Positions 33,801 through 44,127 of a stretch of 64,000 nucleotides of DNA are shown here, in pieces. This stretch comes from an uncultured Gemmatimonadales bacterium (lineage in GTDB: Bacteria; Gemmatimonadota; Gemmatimonadetes; Gemmatimonadales; Gemmatimonadaceae). A model generated the notes under the pieces. The model worked only from the letters and a program-made list of their open reading frames with translations, ran no database searches and was not told the origin of the DNA. The DNA lies in the NCBI GenBank assembly GCA_963707505.1, contig CAVPQB010000003.1:480001-544000 (forward strand), written 5' to 3'. A program made the translations under genes and the position numbers. Each line of letters starts with the position of its first letter. Positions within the stretch are counted from its first letter, which is position 1.

Positions 33801-33875
33801 CTGCTGCGCATGGCCGAGCGATGGGATCACAGCGAGTAATACCGCCGCAATCCAGAGACGTGTTACTGACTTCAT
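30859..33875 (-). CDS. SusC/RagA-family TonB-dependent receptor (locus 2; frameshifts near 32950, 31980-31900 and 31620)
   Basis: SD GGAGG, signal peptide, [39 protein letters not shown], C-terminal F. Confidence 0.9.
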
Positions 33876-34085
33876 CCGAACATTCCTCCGTCCGACGAAC
33901 TCGTTCGCCGGCGTGATTGACATCTGTGGATGGAAAGCTTGTACTGCGTGCTGTCGTGTGGGGCCGATGCTGCGACCCCATCAAGAACAAACCAAACCGC
34001 TCGTATGCCTCCTACTCGTCTCAGGATTAGGTTGATGTCTCCGGTCGATTTGAACGGGACTAACGTACTGCCGGGTCACGGTACC

Positions 34086-34140
34086 GCACCCTCGGCGCAT
34101 CATTAAGATCTCGTAAAATCGCAAGCGCCGCCGAGGGTGC
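34086..34140. repeat. 12-bp perfect inverted repeat enclosing a 31-bp AT-richer core upstream of susC2
   Basis: GCACCCTCGGCG ... CGCCGAGGGTGC. Confidence 0.75.
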
Positions 34141-34260
34141 CCATGAGGCGGCTACATATGTTCCAAGGCCAGAAATACGGCTTTTTGGCCCCGTACAACA
34201 TGGAACCGTGCAACGGGGCCGTCAACTGCAAACATGTAATAGAATCGCAATGGATTCCGC

Positions 34261-35953
34261 TCAGCGAGCGATTACGCCCGCCAGCCACGCCAGACTCTGG
34301 GCTTCGTGCGCCCGCCAAAAAGTGTTGGTATGGCCCCCTGCAGCTTCGGCGTAGCTAAGCGGGATGCCAAGCTTCAGGAGTTCCCCATGAAGCATGCGGT
34401 TCACCGTAAGCGTGCTCTGGTCGTCGGTCCCGACGATGAGGCAGAGTGCGGGAATCGGCCGGTGATCCGCGACGGCCCGGCGCGCGATCCACACGGGATC
34501 GAGGTCACGCCAGTCCGCGATATTGTCGCCAATCTCCTGCACCATCTCCGGCCAGGTGCTCGCCCACGCGCGGTGCAACTCATCGATGGAAACAGCCTCC
34601 CGAGCGGAACCCGGGTCCGGATAACCGCCGATCCGCATCAGCGCGAGTCCGGCGCCGGATAAACTCGCGCCGGCGGCAAAGACCTCGGGATATTTCAGAG
34701 AGAGATAAACGGCGCCGTAGCCGCCCATGCTCAAACCGGCCACCGCACGATGCTCTCTGTTCGCTACCGTACGGTAGGACGAATCGACGTGAGCCACGAG
34801 ATCGCGCACGATGTAATCGTCGTAGCGCATGTGCCGCACGCAGAAGTCCGTCGGTAGCTCGCCACCAAGAAGTGCGGCGCGTGTGCGGAGACATGTCTGG
34901 TAGTCAGGCGATCTCCGCCACGTGTGGTAGTATCCGTTGTCGCCGTCCGGCATGACAACGATCATCTCCGGCATACCGGCGGTAGCCAGCGAATCGAGCA
35001 CCGAATCGATCGCAAGCCCGACAACCCAGCTCCGCTCGTTTCCGCCCGTACCGTGCAGGTAATACGCAACGGGATACCGCCGAGCACTGTCGCGCGTGTA
35101 GGATGGTGGCAGATACACGACGAACCGCTTGGAGACGCCAAGCGCTGGTGAATACAACGAGTCCTCCGTTACGGTACCTCTCGCCTGCGAGACCACCCCG
35201 CTCGCGGGCAGCGAGAATTCTGCGGGGGGAATTCGCGCATTCAATCGTACGGTATCGATAGTGATGCTCTGACCGCCAGCCTGTCCTTCAGTGCTGGAAT
35301 CGATCCTGAACGCGATCATCACGCCTTCGACAGGGCGGTAGTCGCGAAAGAACGAAACGAACACTACGGGCTTTCCATTCATCACGCGATGGCCTCGCCA
35401 CTTCGTTTGCAAGATGCGAGACGGTATCGATGTAGTAGCTGTCGTCGAGTCCGGCCGCGGTGACGACGTCGAGCCTGTACGCCGGACGGCCATCCGCGGT
35501 GTCGAGTCCCGCTAACGTCACGCGACTGCCTTTGGCAGCGTAGTCGACCAGCGCACCATCCATGTCGCCGCCCGCCGCAACGTTCGCCGCTTCGCCCGCG
35601 GGGAGCACGTGCGGCGTCGTATCGCTCGGCGAGCCTGCTGGGTTGATCATCCACGCGACCTTGCCGTCGTATGCCTGGATAATACGGCCGCCGTCGAGCG
35701 CGATCTCTGTGCGTATGTGGCCGGGTCGAGCCATGTCGACAGTCATCAGATGCGCGGCTCCGCCCGAGAACGAGATGTGGCCGCGCATTTCCTGGGTGCG
35801 GACGGACTCGAGACGTTCCAGACCGCCGCGGCTCGCGATGCTGGCGGCGATCACGGAATCCGCCGAGCTTTCTGCAGACCGTTGCGCGCGAGCTGACGCA
35901 GAGAGCGATATACTCAGGGTTGTCAGCAACAACATTCCGGTTCGCTGGAGCAC
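34261..35953 (-). CDS. Secreted LolA-like (outer-membrane lipoprotein-sorting fold) domain fused to an alpha/beta-hydrolase esterase (one frameshift near 35410)
   Basis: Signal peptide, RGGLERL, YDGKVAW, YYIDTVSHL|QTK...DYRPVEG...EFSLP, then YLPPSY...YPVAYYLHG...GLSMGG...GTDD...GGH. Confidence 0.75.
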
Positions 35954-36207
35954 GGCCGTATCCTCGGGATCAGAAGTGGTTCTTCAACCCTCAGCGTCAC
36001 ATCGTGTTGCCTATAGCATTCATGCAACGCTGCTTGCTGGCGTTTTATTTAACGTCGGGATCGTAGAGAAGTCGCAGTCGCCGGGCACCGTGCGGCGAAT
36101 GGTGCCATCGTTGCTGCCAGCAGGACAGCGGCCAGCCTCTCGGGAGCTACTATTAGAAAGGGTGCGGGGCGCGGAGACCGCACCGTCACGCACATGGAGC
36201 TTCCTGC

Positions 36208-37485
36208 TTGCGCGAACCGTTGCACGACTCGTTGCACAACTCGTTGCACGAGTTGTCGTACGATCAGTCTGATACCGGCGACGGCTCGCGCCCCGACTTA
36301 CCGGCAGGGCTCCGTATCGGCTGGCGAATTGCGGCGCTCGTGTGGCTCGTGCCGGCACTCCTCAGCGCAACCACGTCGTACGCGTTCACACGGATCACGG
36401 GAAATCCCGTGTCGTTCTGGAATGCGCTCGTCATCAACATTCCAATCTGGTATTTCTGGGCGTTCGCGACGCCGGCAATCTTCTGGCTGGGCAGGAGGGC
36501 GAGAATCGGATGGCCTGTTTCTCCAGCCGCGGCTCTGCTTCACATTGCTACAAGCGTTCTCGCAGCCCTCATCGATGTGGTCTTTGGCATGAGCGTGGCC
36601 GTGCTGCTCGGCGCGGCGTCGCTTGGTGATCACGTTTTTCAGCGTTATCTGATCAATTTCATGTCGTGGCTTCTCACAGGCGTGCTGACGTACTGGACCG
36701 TGCTCGGCGCCGGCTATGCACTGGACTTCGACCGGAAATATCAGCGACAACGACTCCGGTCGTCACAGCTCGGCGCTGAGCTCGCGAAAGCGCAGTTGTC
36801 CGCCCTGCGCAGCCAGATTCATCCGCATTTCCTGTTCAACACGCTGAACACCGCCGTATCGCTTGTGCGCGTGGATCGCACCGACACCGCTGTTCGAGTT
36901 CTCACGAGTCTCAGTGACATACTGCGACGGTTGCTGCGCAACGCCACTGATCAGGAAATCACGTTGCGAGAAGAGCTTGCCTTTCTGAATGCGTACATCG
37001 CGATCGAGAAGATCAGATTTCCCGACCGTCTGCGGGTCAACATCGCAGTGCACGACGATCTCATGGACGCTCTCGTTCCCAACCTCGTGCTCCAGCCGCT
37101 GGTGGAGAACGCGATCCGATACGGGATCGGCAGACGTATCGGCACCGGACGGATCGACATTTCGGCGCAGCAGCGTCACGACCACCTTGTCCTGCAGGTT
37201 TGCGACGACGGGCCAGGGTTACCGGGCGAATTCGCGCCAGGTCTTCAAGGTGGAGTGGGACTGGCTAACACGCAGGCAAGACTGCACCACATGTACGGAT
37301 CGCTACACGAGTTCGTATTGGGAAACGTTGCATCGGGCGGGGCGGAAGTAACAATCGCAATTCCATTTCGACGTGCACCGAGCAATAGCACGAACAGTGA
37401 TATGAGTAATGACGGGGCCAGCGACGCGAGCAACAGCATCAGGGCGGACAAAGTACAAGCGATGACGGACGTTGGCCATGCGTGA
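36208..37485 (+). CDS. LytS/YehU-type sensor histidine kinase
   Basis: Several TM helices, LRSQIHPHFLFNTLN, QPLVENAIRYG, DDGPG, GVGLAN. Start uncertain. Confidence 0.9.
   Translation: MREPLHDSLHNSLHELSYDQSDTGDGSRPDLPAGLRIGWRIAALVWLVPALLSATTSYAFTRITGNPVSFWNALVINIPIWYFWAFATPAIFWLGRRARIGWPVSPAAALLHIATSVLAALIDVVFGMSVAVLLGAASLGDHVFQRYLINFMSWLLTGVLTYWTVLGAGYALDFDRKYQRQRLRSSQLGAELAKAQLSALRSQIHPHFLFNTLNTAVSLVRVDRTDTAVRVLTSLSDILRRLLRNATDQEITLREELAFLNAYIAIEKIRFPDRLRVNIAVHDDLMDALVPNLVLQPLVENAIRYGIGRRIGTGRIDISAQQRHDHLVLQVCDDGPGLPGEFAPGLQGGVGLANTQARLHHMYGSLHEFVLGNVASGGAEVTIAIPFRRAPSNSTNSDMSNDGASDASNSIRADKVQAMTDVGHA
36218..36253. repeat. Three 12-bp tandem repeats CGTTGCACRAST
   Basis: CGTTGCACGACT CGTTGCACAACT CGTTGCACGAGT. 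Confidence 0.85.
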
Positions 37486-38317
37486 GATACGCGCGCTGAT
37501 CATTGACGACGAACCGGTGGCGACTGAAGCGCTGCGCGTCCTGCTGCAGCGTCACGCTGACGTGCATGTGATAGGCGAATGCCGCGATGGCATTGAAGCT
37601 GTACGACAGATCGGACAGCTTGCACCCGACGTTGTATTCCTTGACGTACAGATGCCGGAGCTCGATGGCTTCGACATCATACGAGAGCTTGGCAGCAGCC
37701 TTCCCTGCATGCTCGTGTTCGTAACGGCGCACGAAGAACATGCGCTGCGCGCGTTCGATGTACAGCCGGTGGATTATCTATTGAAACCCGTCGCCGAGGA
37801 GCGGATGGATCGCGCGATTCAGCGCATCCGGCGCCGTCTCGGAGATAGCCGCGCGCTGGATCCAGCCAAACAACTCGCAGCACGTCTGACCGATACAGAG
37901 AATGGAGCCGTGGAGGGATCCAGCACTATGGTACGAGCAGCCGCAACACGCGGCGCAGAGCGTTCGTCACCACGCTCGTATCTATCGCAGCTGACCGTAC
38001 GTACGGGAAAACGTTCCACGTTGGTATCCGTCAATGAGATCGACTGGATTGCCGCCGATGACTATTGCGTGAACGTCATCATAAAAGGACGCCGGCATCT
38101 GGTGCGGGCGTCGCTCGCGTCACTCGAAACCAGACTCGATCCCGCCACGTTCGTCAGGATACACCGCTCGGCGCTGGTCAATATCACGCGAGTGGTGGAG
38201 TGGCAGCGAAAACCACTACGCCGACTCGTTCTCGTCCTCGTAGACCGGACGCATCTCCCTGTGAGCCGGAGCAAGCGGGCAAAACTGCTGGCTATGCTGA
38301 ACAGCAACGCAATGTAA
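37478..38317 (+). CDS. LytTR-family response regulator
   Basis: DDEP, FLDVQMP, FVTAH, DYLLKP receiver motifs; FVRIHRSALVN...VSRS LytTR domain. Overlaps the kinase stop. Confidence 0.93.
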   Translation: MREIRALIIDDEPVATEALRVLLQRHADVHVIGECRDGIEAVRQIGQLAPDVVFLDVQMPELDGFDIIRELGSSLPCMLVFVTAHEEHALRAFDVQPVDYLLKPVAEERMDRAIQRIRRRLGDSRALDPAKQLAARLTDTENGAVEGSSTMVRAAATRGAERSSPRSYLSQLTVRTGKRSTLVSVNEIDWIAADDYCVNVIIKGRRHLVRASLASLETRLDPATFVRIHRSALVNITRVVEWQRKPLRRLVLVLVDRTHLPVSRSKRAKLLAMLNSNAM

Positions 38318-38428
38318 ACATTGTAATCATCGCACTTTTGCGACGTTCGGCACGCTATAGGCAGCGATGAGAAGCGGCACGCCGAAGTCGATGCACTAGA
38401 TTATTACCGAAGCCCTCGCGGAGGGGTC

Positions 38429-38866
38429 GTGAAAATCCGGTATCCCGCCATCATTGGCGTAGTGTCGATCGTTGTAACAGGCTGTATGCCGGCGCACAGG
38501 AAACCGGCCGAGGCGGACGTAGAAGTTCCGGTAGACGCCCTCGCGCTCGAAGTCGAGAACCGCAACTGGTCCGACGTGGTCATCTACGTACTGCACGACG
38601 GGTCGCGCACCCGCTTTGCCCAGGTCACCGCGGCCAAGTCGGCGACGCTTCCAATACCGCTGCGCCTCGTCAGCTCGACGGGGACCATACAGCTGCTGGT
38701 GCACCGGATCGGTGGCCATGACGACGCGATGGTCGCGATTGGAGGTCCGAATTTCGCCGCGGCGCGGGACGACTATCTGAGTCCGATCGTATCCGTGCGG
38801 ACCGGGTATACGGTTGCGCTGACGCTGGAAGACAACCTGCAGCGCTCAACCGTCGGTATCTGGTAG
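38429..38866 (+). CDS. Hypothetical lipoprotein (beta-sandwich-like)
   Basis: SD GGAGGGG, lipobox VTGC, LEVENRNWSDVVIY. Confidence 0.7.
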   Translation: MKIRYPAIIGVVSIVVTGCMPAHRKPAEADVEVPVDALALEVENRNWSDVVIYVLHDGSRTRFAQVTAAKSATLPIPLRLVSSTGTIQLLVHRIGGHDDAMVAIGGPNFAAARDDYLSPIVSVRTGYTVALTLEDNLQRSTVGIW

Positions 38867-38905
38867 TCGCCAGGCTGACGCGGGCCCGCGCGGACTCATC
38901 GCGCG

Positions 38906-39355
38906 CTACTTGACCGAGCTCGGCGGAGCGGAGCTCGAGTTACCGATTGCCGAACCGGCGACGGTACCGGCCAGCACTGCGCCAGCCACTATCGCACCGC
39001 CGACCAAAAGACTGCGAGCGACCGAGGTGGTTCGGCGTTCGATAGTCGCGACGTCGCGCCGTGGAATGGAAACCGGCTCGCCGCTCCACGTCTCAGCCGC
39101 GCCGGTCAGACGCGTTACCTCGGTGATACGGAGGAGGACGGTTGAATCGGTGACGGCGTCGATGTGTCCTTCCAGCTGAGAGGCACCCCCGCCCAACCCC
39201 CGCGCGAGGTCTACGCCGCCTCCGTCTGTCAACGTGAGACGAATGTCATCCTTCGCTGCCTGTGACGAGAGTGATATCGGTGTATAGACCTGACAGCCGG
39301 CGCACAGAAGCGCGACCGCTGGGGCAATGGCACGTCGCACGAGAGAGATATGCAT
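38906..39355 (-). CDS. Hypothetical lipoprotein, paralog of 11187-11720
   Basis: Lipobox CAGC-QVY, LEGHIDAVTDS, IPR, and a C-terminal hydrophobic Gly/Ala helix. Confidence 0.75.
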   Translation of the reverse strand: MHISLVRRAIAPAVALLCAGCQVYTPISLSSQAAKDDIRLTLTDGGGVDLARGLGGGASQLEGHIDAVTDSTVLLRITEVTRLTGAAETWSGEPVSIPRRDVATIERRTTSVARSLLVGGAIVAGAVLAGTVAGSAIGNSSSAPPSSVK

Positions 39356-39394
39356 GAGTTCGTCGGGAGAGAGTAAACGGTCATGGGAACGAAC

Positions 39395-39431
39395 TGAGTC
39401 AGCCCGGTCCAGAGCGGACCGGGCTGACTCA
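39395..39431. promoter_or_regulatory. 16-bp stem-loop after susD3
   Basis: TGAGTCAGCCCGGTCC-AGAGC-GGACCGGGCTGACTCA. Confidence 0.65.
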
Positions 39432-39474
39432 CTACTACCCTGCAATTACTAGAACTGCTCCTGGAACCTCTCGG

Positions 39475-40854
39475 TCAGGCTCCAGCCTTGCACGCGACGC
39501 CCGTTCCATCCGAAGTCGTATTGACCGGATCATTCGGTGGCCGGAGGCCGTTGATGCCAACACCCGGTGCAGGAATGTTGGTGTTGGTGTTCTCCTCGCC
39601 GGAGTCATAGAACAGGCGACCAGGAATGACGAGCCCGGGCTGTGGCGGCGCGATGTTCGGCGTGCACGTCCGCTTGTAATCGTTCCATGCCTCTTCGCCG
39701 AGCTGGAAGTCGACGATGTATTTCTCAGTGAGGATCTCGTTGAGAAGCGCCTGGCCTGAGACACTTTCGGGGGCGAGGCCATGGTTGGCGCGCTCCTCAT
39801 TGAGCTTGACGAGCGCGGTGCCCGCATCTCCGGTACGATACGCAGCTTCCGCCCATATGAGGGTATTCTCGTCATATGTAACGAACGGCTGCGGGAAATC
39901 GGGCGCGTTGCGTGTTGCGCTCAGCCAGTCGACCGCTCCCGTCTTGGTGTGGCTGAAGTAAGCCGTATCACGCGGATCGTTGCGCGCCTTGAGGAGTGAA
40001 TCCAGGAACACTCCGCCACCAAGATCACCGCCGCGGCCGGCCGGTCCGTGAAACTGGTAGTAGAAGTTTGCCTCTGCCGGTTGGTTGGCTGTTGTGAACG
40101 CACCGAAGTAGTTGCCGGCGTCGCTCATGATACCCAACTTGGCTTCGGCGAGAGCAGCCTTGTACGCAGCAGCCGTGCGCACTTCGGCGGTGTGCATGTA
40201 GAAGCGCGCCTTGAGGGTGTGCGCCATGGCGGTCCACGCCACTGGATCACCACCGTAGGTGAGGTCGGCGGCACCCGGCCCGACGTTCGTCGCCGCGGTC
40301 GAAGCGAGATCGGTGATGGCTGCAGAGAGAACCGTCTGCACCGAATCGTACACGGTGAGCTGGTCATCCGGCACAGGGTTTGGCGTTCCCTGTAGCGCCT
40401 GCTTGTACACGAGGTCGCCGAAAATGTCAGCGCCCGTGCCCATCAACGCGCCCTCCACCACGCGAGCGATTCCGAGGTAGAGCGAATCATTCGCGGCGGC
40501 GGAGGCCTTCTCCAGCTTGACGATATCAACGAGACCACCGCCGGTGTAGAGCGCCGTATTGGTGCCGTTGGTGGTAGTCGCGTCCTGGCTGTAGCTGGAG
40601 CCCAATGCTCCGTACTGGTTCGCGAGTCCGGTGAACTGCTGCGCGTAAATGGATGTTACGCGCGCGGGATCGCCGCCCCAGTATCCCCAAAGCGTTTCCT
40701 GAGTTCCCACAAATAGTTGATCATTTGAAGCGACTGTTGGACGATTGGGGTCGTTACTCAGCTCCCCGCCCGTCAGAAAGTCGCCCTGGCATGCAGTCGC
40801 ACCGAGCACAGCGCCCAGCATCGCGATCGCGGCCAGTCTGTTTTTTATATACAC
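39475..40854 (-). CDS. SusD-like lipoprotein (locus 3)
   Basis: Lipobox ATAC, NDPN, DIFGDLVY, LKAR, NDPR, TYDE..LIWAEA, EKY, EAWNDYKRT. Confidence 0.9.
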   Translation of the reverse strand: MYIKNRLAAIAMLGAVLGATACQGDFLTGGELSNDPNRPTVASNDQLFVGTQETLWGYWGGDPARVTSIYAQQFTGLANQYGALGSSYSQDATTTNGTNTALYTGGGLVDIVKLEKASAAANDSLYLGIARVVEGALMGTGADIFGDLVYKQALQGTPNPVPDDQLTVYDSVQTVLSAAITDLASTAATNVGPGAADLTYGGDPVAWTAMAHTLKARFYMHTAEVRTAAAYKAALAEAKLGIMSDAGNYFGAFTTANQPAEANFYYQFHGPAGRGGDLGGGVFLDSLLKARNDPRDTAYFSHTKTGAVDWLSATRNAPDFPQPFVTYDENTLIWAEAAYRTGDAGTALVKLNEERANHGLAPESVSGQALLNEILTEKYIVDFQLGEEAWNDYKRTCTPNIAPPQPGLVIPGRLFYDSGEENTNTNIPAPGVGINGLRPPNDPVNTTSDGTGVACKAGA

Positions 40855-40873
40855 TGATATCTCCTTGGTCGCG

Positions 40874-43800
40874 TTAGCGGTTGAGGCTGATCGAGAATAC
40901 GAACGACCGCGTCTGCGGATTGCTGAAATAGTCGAGACCCTGCGTAAGGAATTCGGCGCCGCCGAGGTTTGCCTCGGGGTCGAAGCCCCTGTACTTGGTC
41001 CAGGTCTTCAAGTTTCTGCCGGCGAAGCGGATATCTGCGCTGCTGAAACCGCTCAGAGATCTCACCCAGCGCTGATCGAGCGTGTAGGAAATGCCGACCT
41101 CGCGCAGCTTCACAAAGCTTCCGTTCTCCATGAACTGGGATCCGACGGGACCGAAGCCGCCGCCATTACCCTGGAACCACTGTCTGCCAATCCTTCGGCG
41201 TCGCGAATGCGACTACACCAGCGCCCGGTCCGGCAACGACAGGGAATACGTCTGTCTGATAGTTCTTGCCGTACGTGCCCTGCTGATTGCGAATGTACGT
41301 GTCGACACCGGTACCGAAGTTGTCGAGGATGCCGCGTGTCCCGTCCCACACCTGGCCGCCCTTACGGACGTCGAGAAGTCCGGAAAGCGTGAACTTGTTC
41401 CAGAGGCGGAGACTGGTGTTGTACGACATGGTGTACTTCGGATTCGGGTCGCCGATCACGCGCTCCGTCGGATCGACGATTGGCCGACCGTTCGGTGCGA
41501 GAAACAGTGCGCCCTTTGGCGCCGATCCGCACAGCGCGTCGATATCCTGCGGCCCACCCGTGATTCCGGGAACCGTAAGGCTCAGGCCACGGCCGCAGCG
41601 AGCGAAATCGTCGCCACGGATTACGCCGGGAGCGTAGCCCAGCGTGGAGGATCCGATTGCGCCGGTGAATCCTTCATTGTTGTAGGAGATGAACTGAGCA
41701 CCGTTGAGGCTCGTGACATCGCCCTTGTTGCGTCCAAACATCACGCCCACATCCCACGTTGCGTCACGCGTTTGAATCGGATGCAGGTTGAGTGTGAGCT
41801 CGACACCCTGATTCTTGAGCGAAGCGCCGTTCAGCGTCTCGCTGGTCGCGCCGAACTGCGCAGCGTTGACCGGAGTTGCGAGAATGACGTCGCTCGAGCG
41901 CTTGTCATAGTATGTCGCGGTGAGATCGACCTTGGACTGGAAGAAGGCGAAGTCGCCACCGATCTCAGTCTCGCGATCGCGCTCCGGCCGGAGGGCAGGA
42001 TTGCCGATCGTCCCGCTGGTCGAGAGAGCACCCTGGCCGTTGATACCGGCCTTGAGGGCATCGCCGAATCCGCCGAGGCCAAAACCACCCGTCGACAGCG
42101 CCGTGACTGCGCCGTACACTGGCGGCTCCTTGCCGGTCTCGCCGTATGCAAAGTGGATCTTGCCGTAATTGAGCCAGCCGGCTGTTCTCCTCGGTGCCAA
42201 GCATCTTGGTGAATGTCCATGCGGCCGACGCCTTGGGGTAATTGGCGCGCCGGTTGGAGGCTCCGAACGTCGAGAAGCCATCATTACGGATTCCGACGTT
42301 GAGAACGAGCTGCTGGAACAGGTTGACCTCGGCCTGCGTGAAGTATCCCTGTCCGTGACGCAAGCTCTTCGTCTCATTTGCCGTCTGACTGATCGTGTTC
42401 TGCAACGCGAACGGCGACGGCGCGACGAGCTGCTCACCGTCAATGAACACCTGACGGGAGCGGATCGAGTTGAGGTTCTGCCCGACAGTCAAGGTTGCGT
42501 CGAGCTTCTCGCTAAAGGTGTGCTGAGCCGTGGCGATGAGATTGTTGTCAATCGTCAGATTGTTGATGTCGAGACGATTGACGGAGCCAAGCACATTGTT
42601 CGCAGACGTGAGCGGAAGGGATTCGAGGCGTGAATCGTTGTAGTAATCCGCGCCGAGCGTCTCCTTCACGGTCAGCCATCCGAGCGGTATCCAGTCACCG
42701 TTGACGTTACCGATCGAGCGACCGAGCTCACTCCGGTTGCCGTTGTTGTCCAACACGAAGAACGGGTTGTCATAATAGATCGCGCCCTGCAGTGCGGCGA
42801 CACTCGTCGGGTCCGGGAAGCGTGCAGGCTTCTGGAGGCCCGTTGCCGTGAACGCATCCTCGTTGTTGTACGTTGGCGGTGTGCGCAGCGCGCCGAGCAT
42901 GACGCCAGACACGTTGGACCCCTTCTGCACGTACTTTCCGCGGGTGTCGATGTAGCTGATGTTGCCGCCCACTGTGAGCTTGGAGCTCACTTCCTGCGTT
43001 CCCTTGAGGCGAACGGTTGCGCGATTGTACTTGTTGTTCGGTCCCTTGAAGTAGCCGTCCTGATTGGTCAGGCCGCCGGACGCGAAGAACGTGGTACGGT
43101 CGCTGCCGCCGGAGATCTGCAGGTTATTGTCGGCGGTGAGGCCGGTGTCGAACAACTCGTCCTGATGGTTGAAGATCGGAGTGCCGGCTGCGATCTGGGG
43201 ACCCCAGGAGTAGCGGTTGACCACGCAGTTGGGGCCACCGCACGTTGCGGCGGTCTGATTTATCCCCTGCCCGTACTGGGTCTGTACGAGTTGCGGAGTG
43301 TAAACGTGATCGAACGTTTCAGTGGACGTGAACGAGTAGCGAGTCGGACCAGAGTGACCGCGCTTGGTCGTGATCAGGATGACGCCATTGGATGCACGTG
43401 CACCATAGATCGCCGCCGCCGCACCGCCCTTCAGGATATCGATCGATTCGATGTCTGCCGGATTGATGTCGGATGCACGGTTGGTGGTCACCGTACTCGC
43501 GTCGCCACCGTTCGTCGACTCGGTCGAGTTATCGATCGGTTGGCCATCGACGACGAACAGAGGCTGGTTCGTGCCGGAGAGAGAGGACGCACCGCGGATC
43601 TTGATTGACGCGGAGGAACCGGGCTCGCCGGATTGTGTACGAACTTCCACGTTCGGCGCCTGGGCCGCGAGCGCCGACACGACGTTCTGCGGTTGAGCGA
43701 CACGATGCAGCGATGCGCTATCGACTGAATTGATCGTCGATGTGAGGCGCTCGCGCGTGGTGGATGTACCGGCACCGGTCACGACGACTTCGCCGAGTCT

Positions 43801-44127
43801 CAACGGATTCGATACAAGGGTGAAGTTCTCGGTGATGTTCTGACCATTGGTCAGAGTTACCTGGACCGACTTGGACGTGAAGCCAATTACGCGTGCGGTG
43901 AGCGTTACAGTCTGTCCAGCCGCGCGGGCTCCGGCGACGACAAAGGTGTAACGACCGGCATCATTCGTCTGCGATCCGAGGTTGAGAGAAGGGATGAACA
44001 CACTTGCGCCCGCTAACGGGGCACCGGCTTCGTTGGTCACACGTCCGGAGATGTTAGTCCCCTGTGCCAACGCAACCGAGGCAACCATCGCGCTTGCGCC
44101 GATGACTGACAGGATACGTTTGAACAT
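40874..44127 (-). CDS. SusC/RagA-family TonB-dependent receptor (locus 3; frameshifts near 42180 and 41170)
   Basis: SD GGAGGAG, signal peptide, IESIDILKGGAAAAIYGARASNGVILITTK, YRGFDPE. Confidence 0.9.

Noticed and set aside
36090..36132. Possible LytTR direct-repeat operator
   Set aside because: Only one plausible half-site (ACCATTCGCC on minus); no convincing partner at ~21-22 bp.
36194..36592. Cys-rich ORF MELPACANRCTTRCTTRCTSC as a RiPP precursor or metallothionein
   Set aside because: It is an alternate-frame reading of the 12-bp repeat, overlaps the kinase, and has no modifying enzymes nearby.
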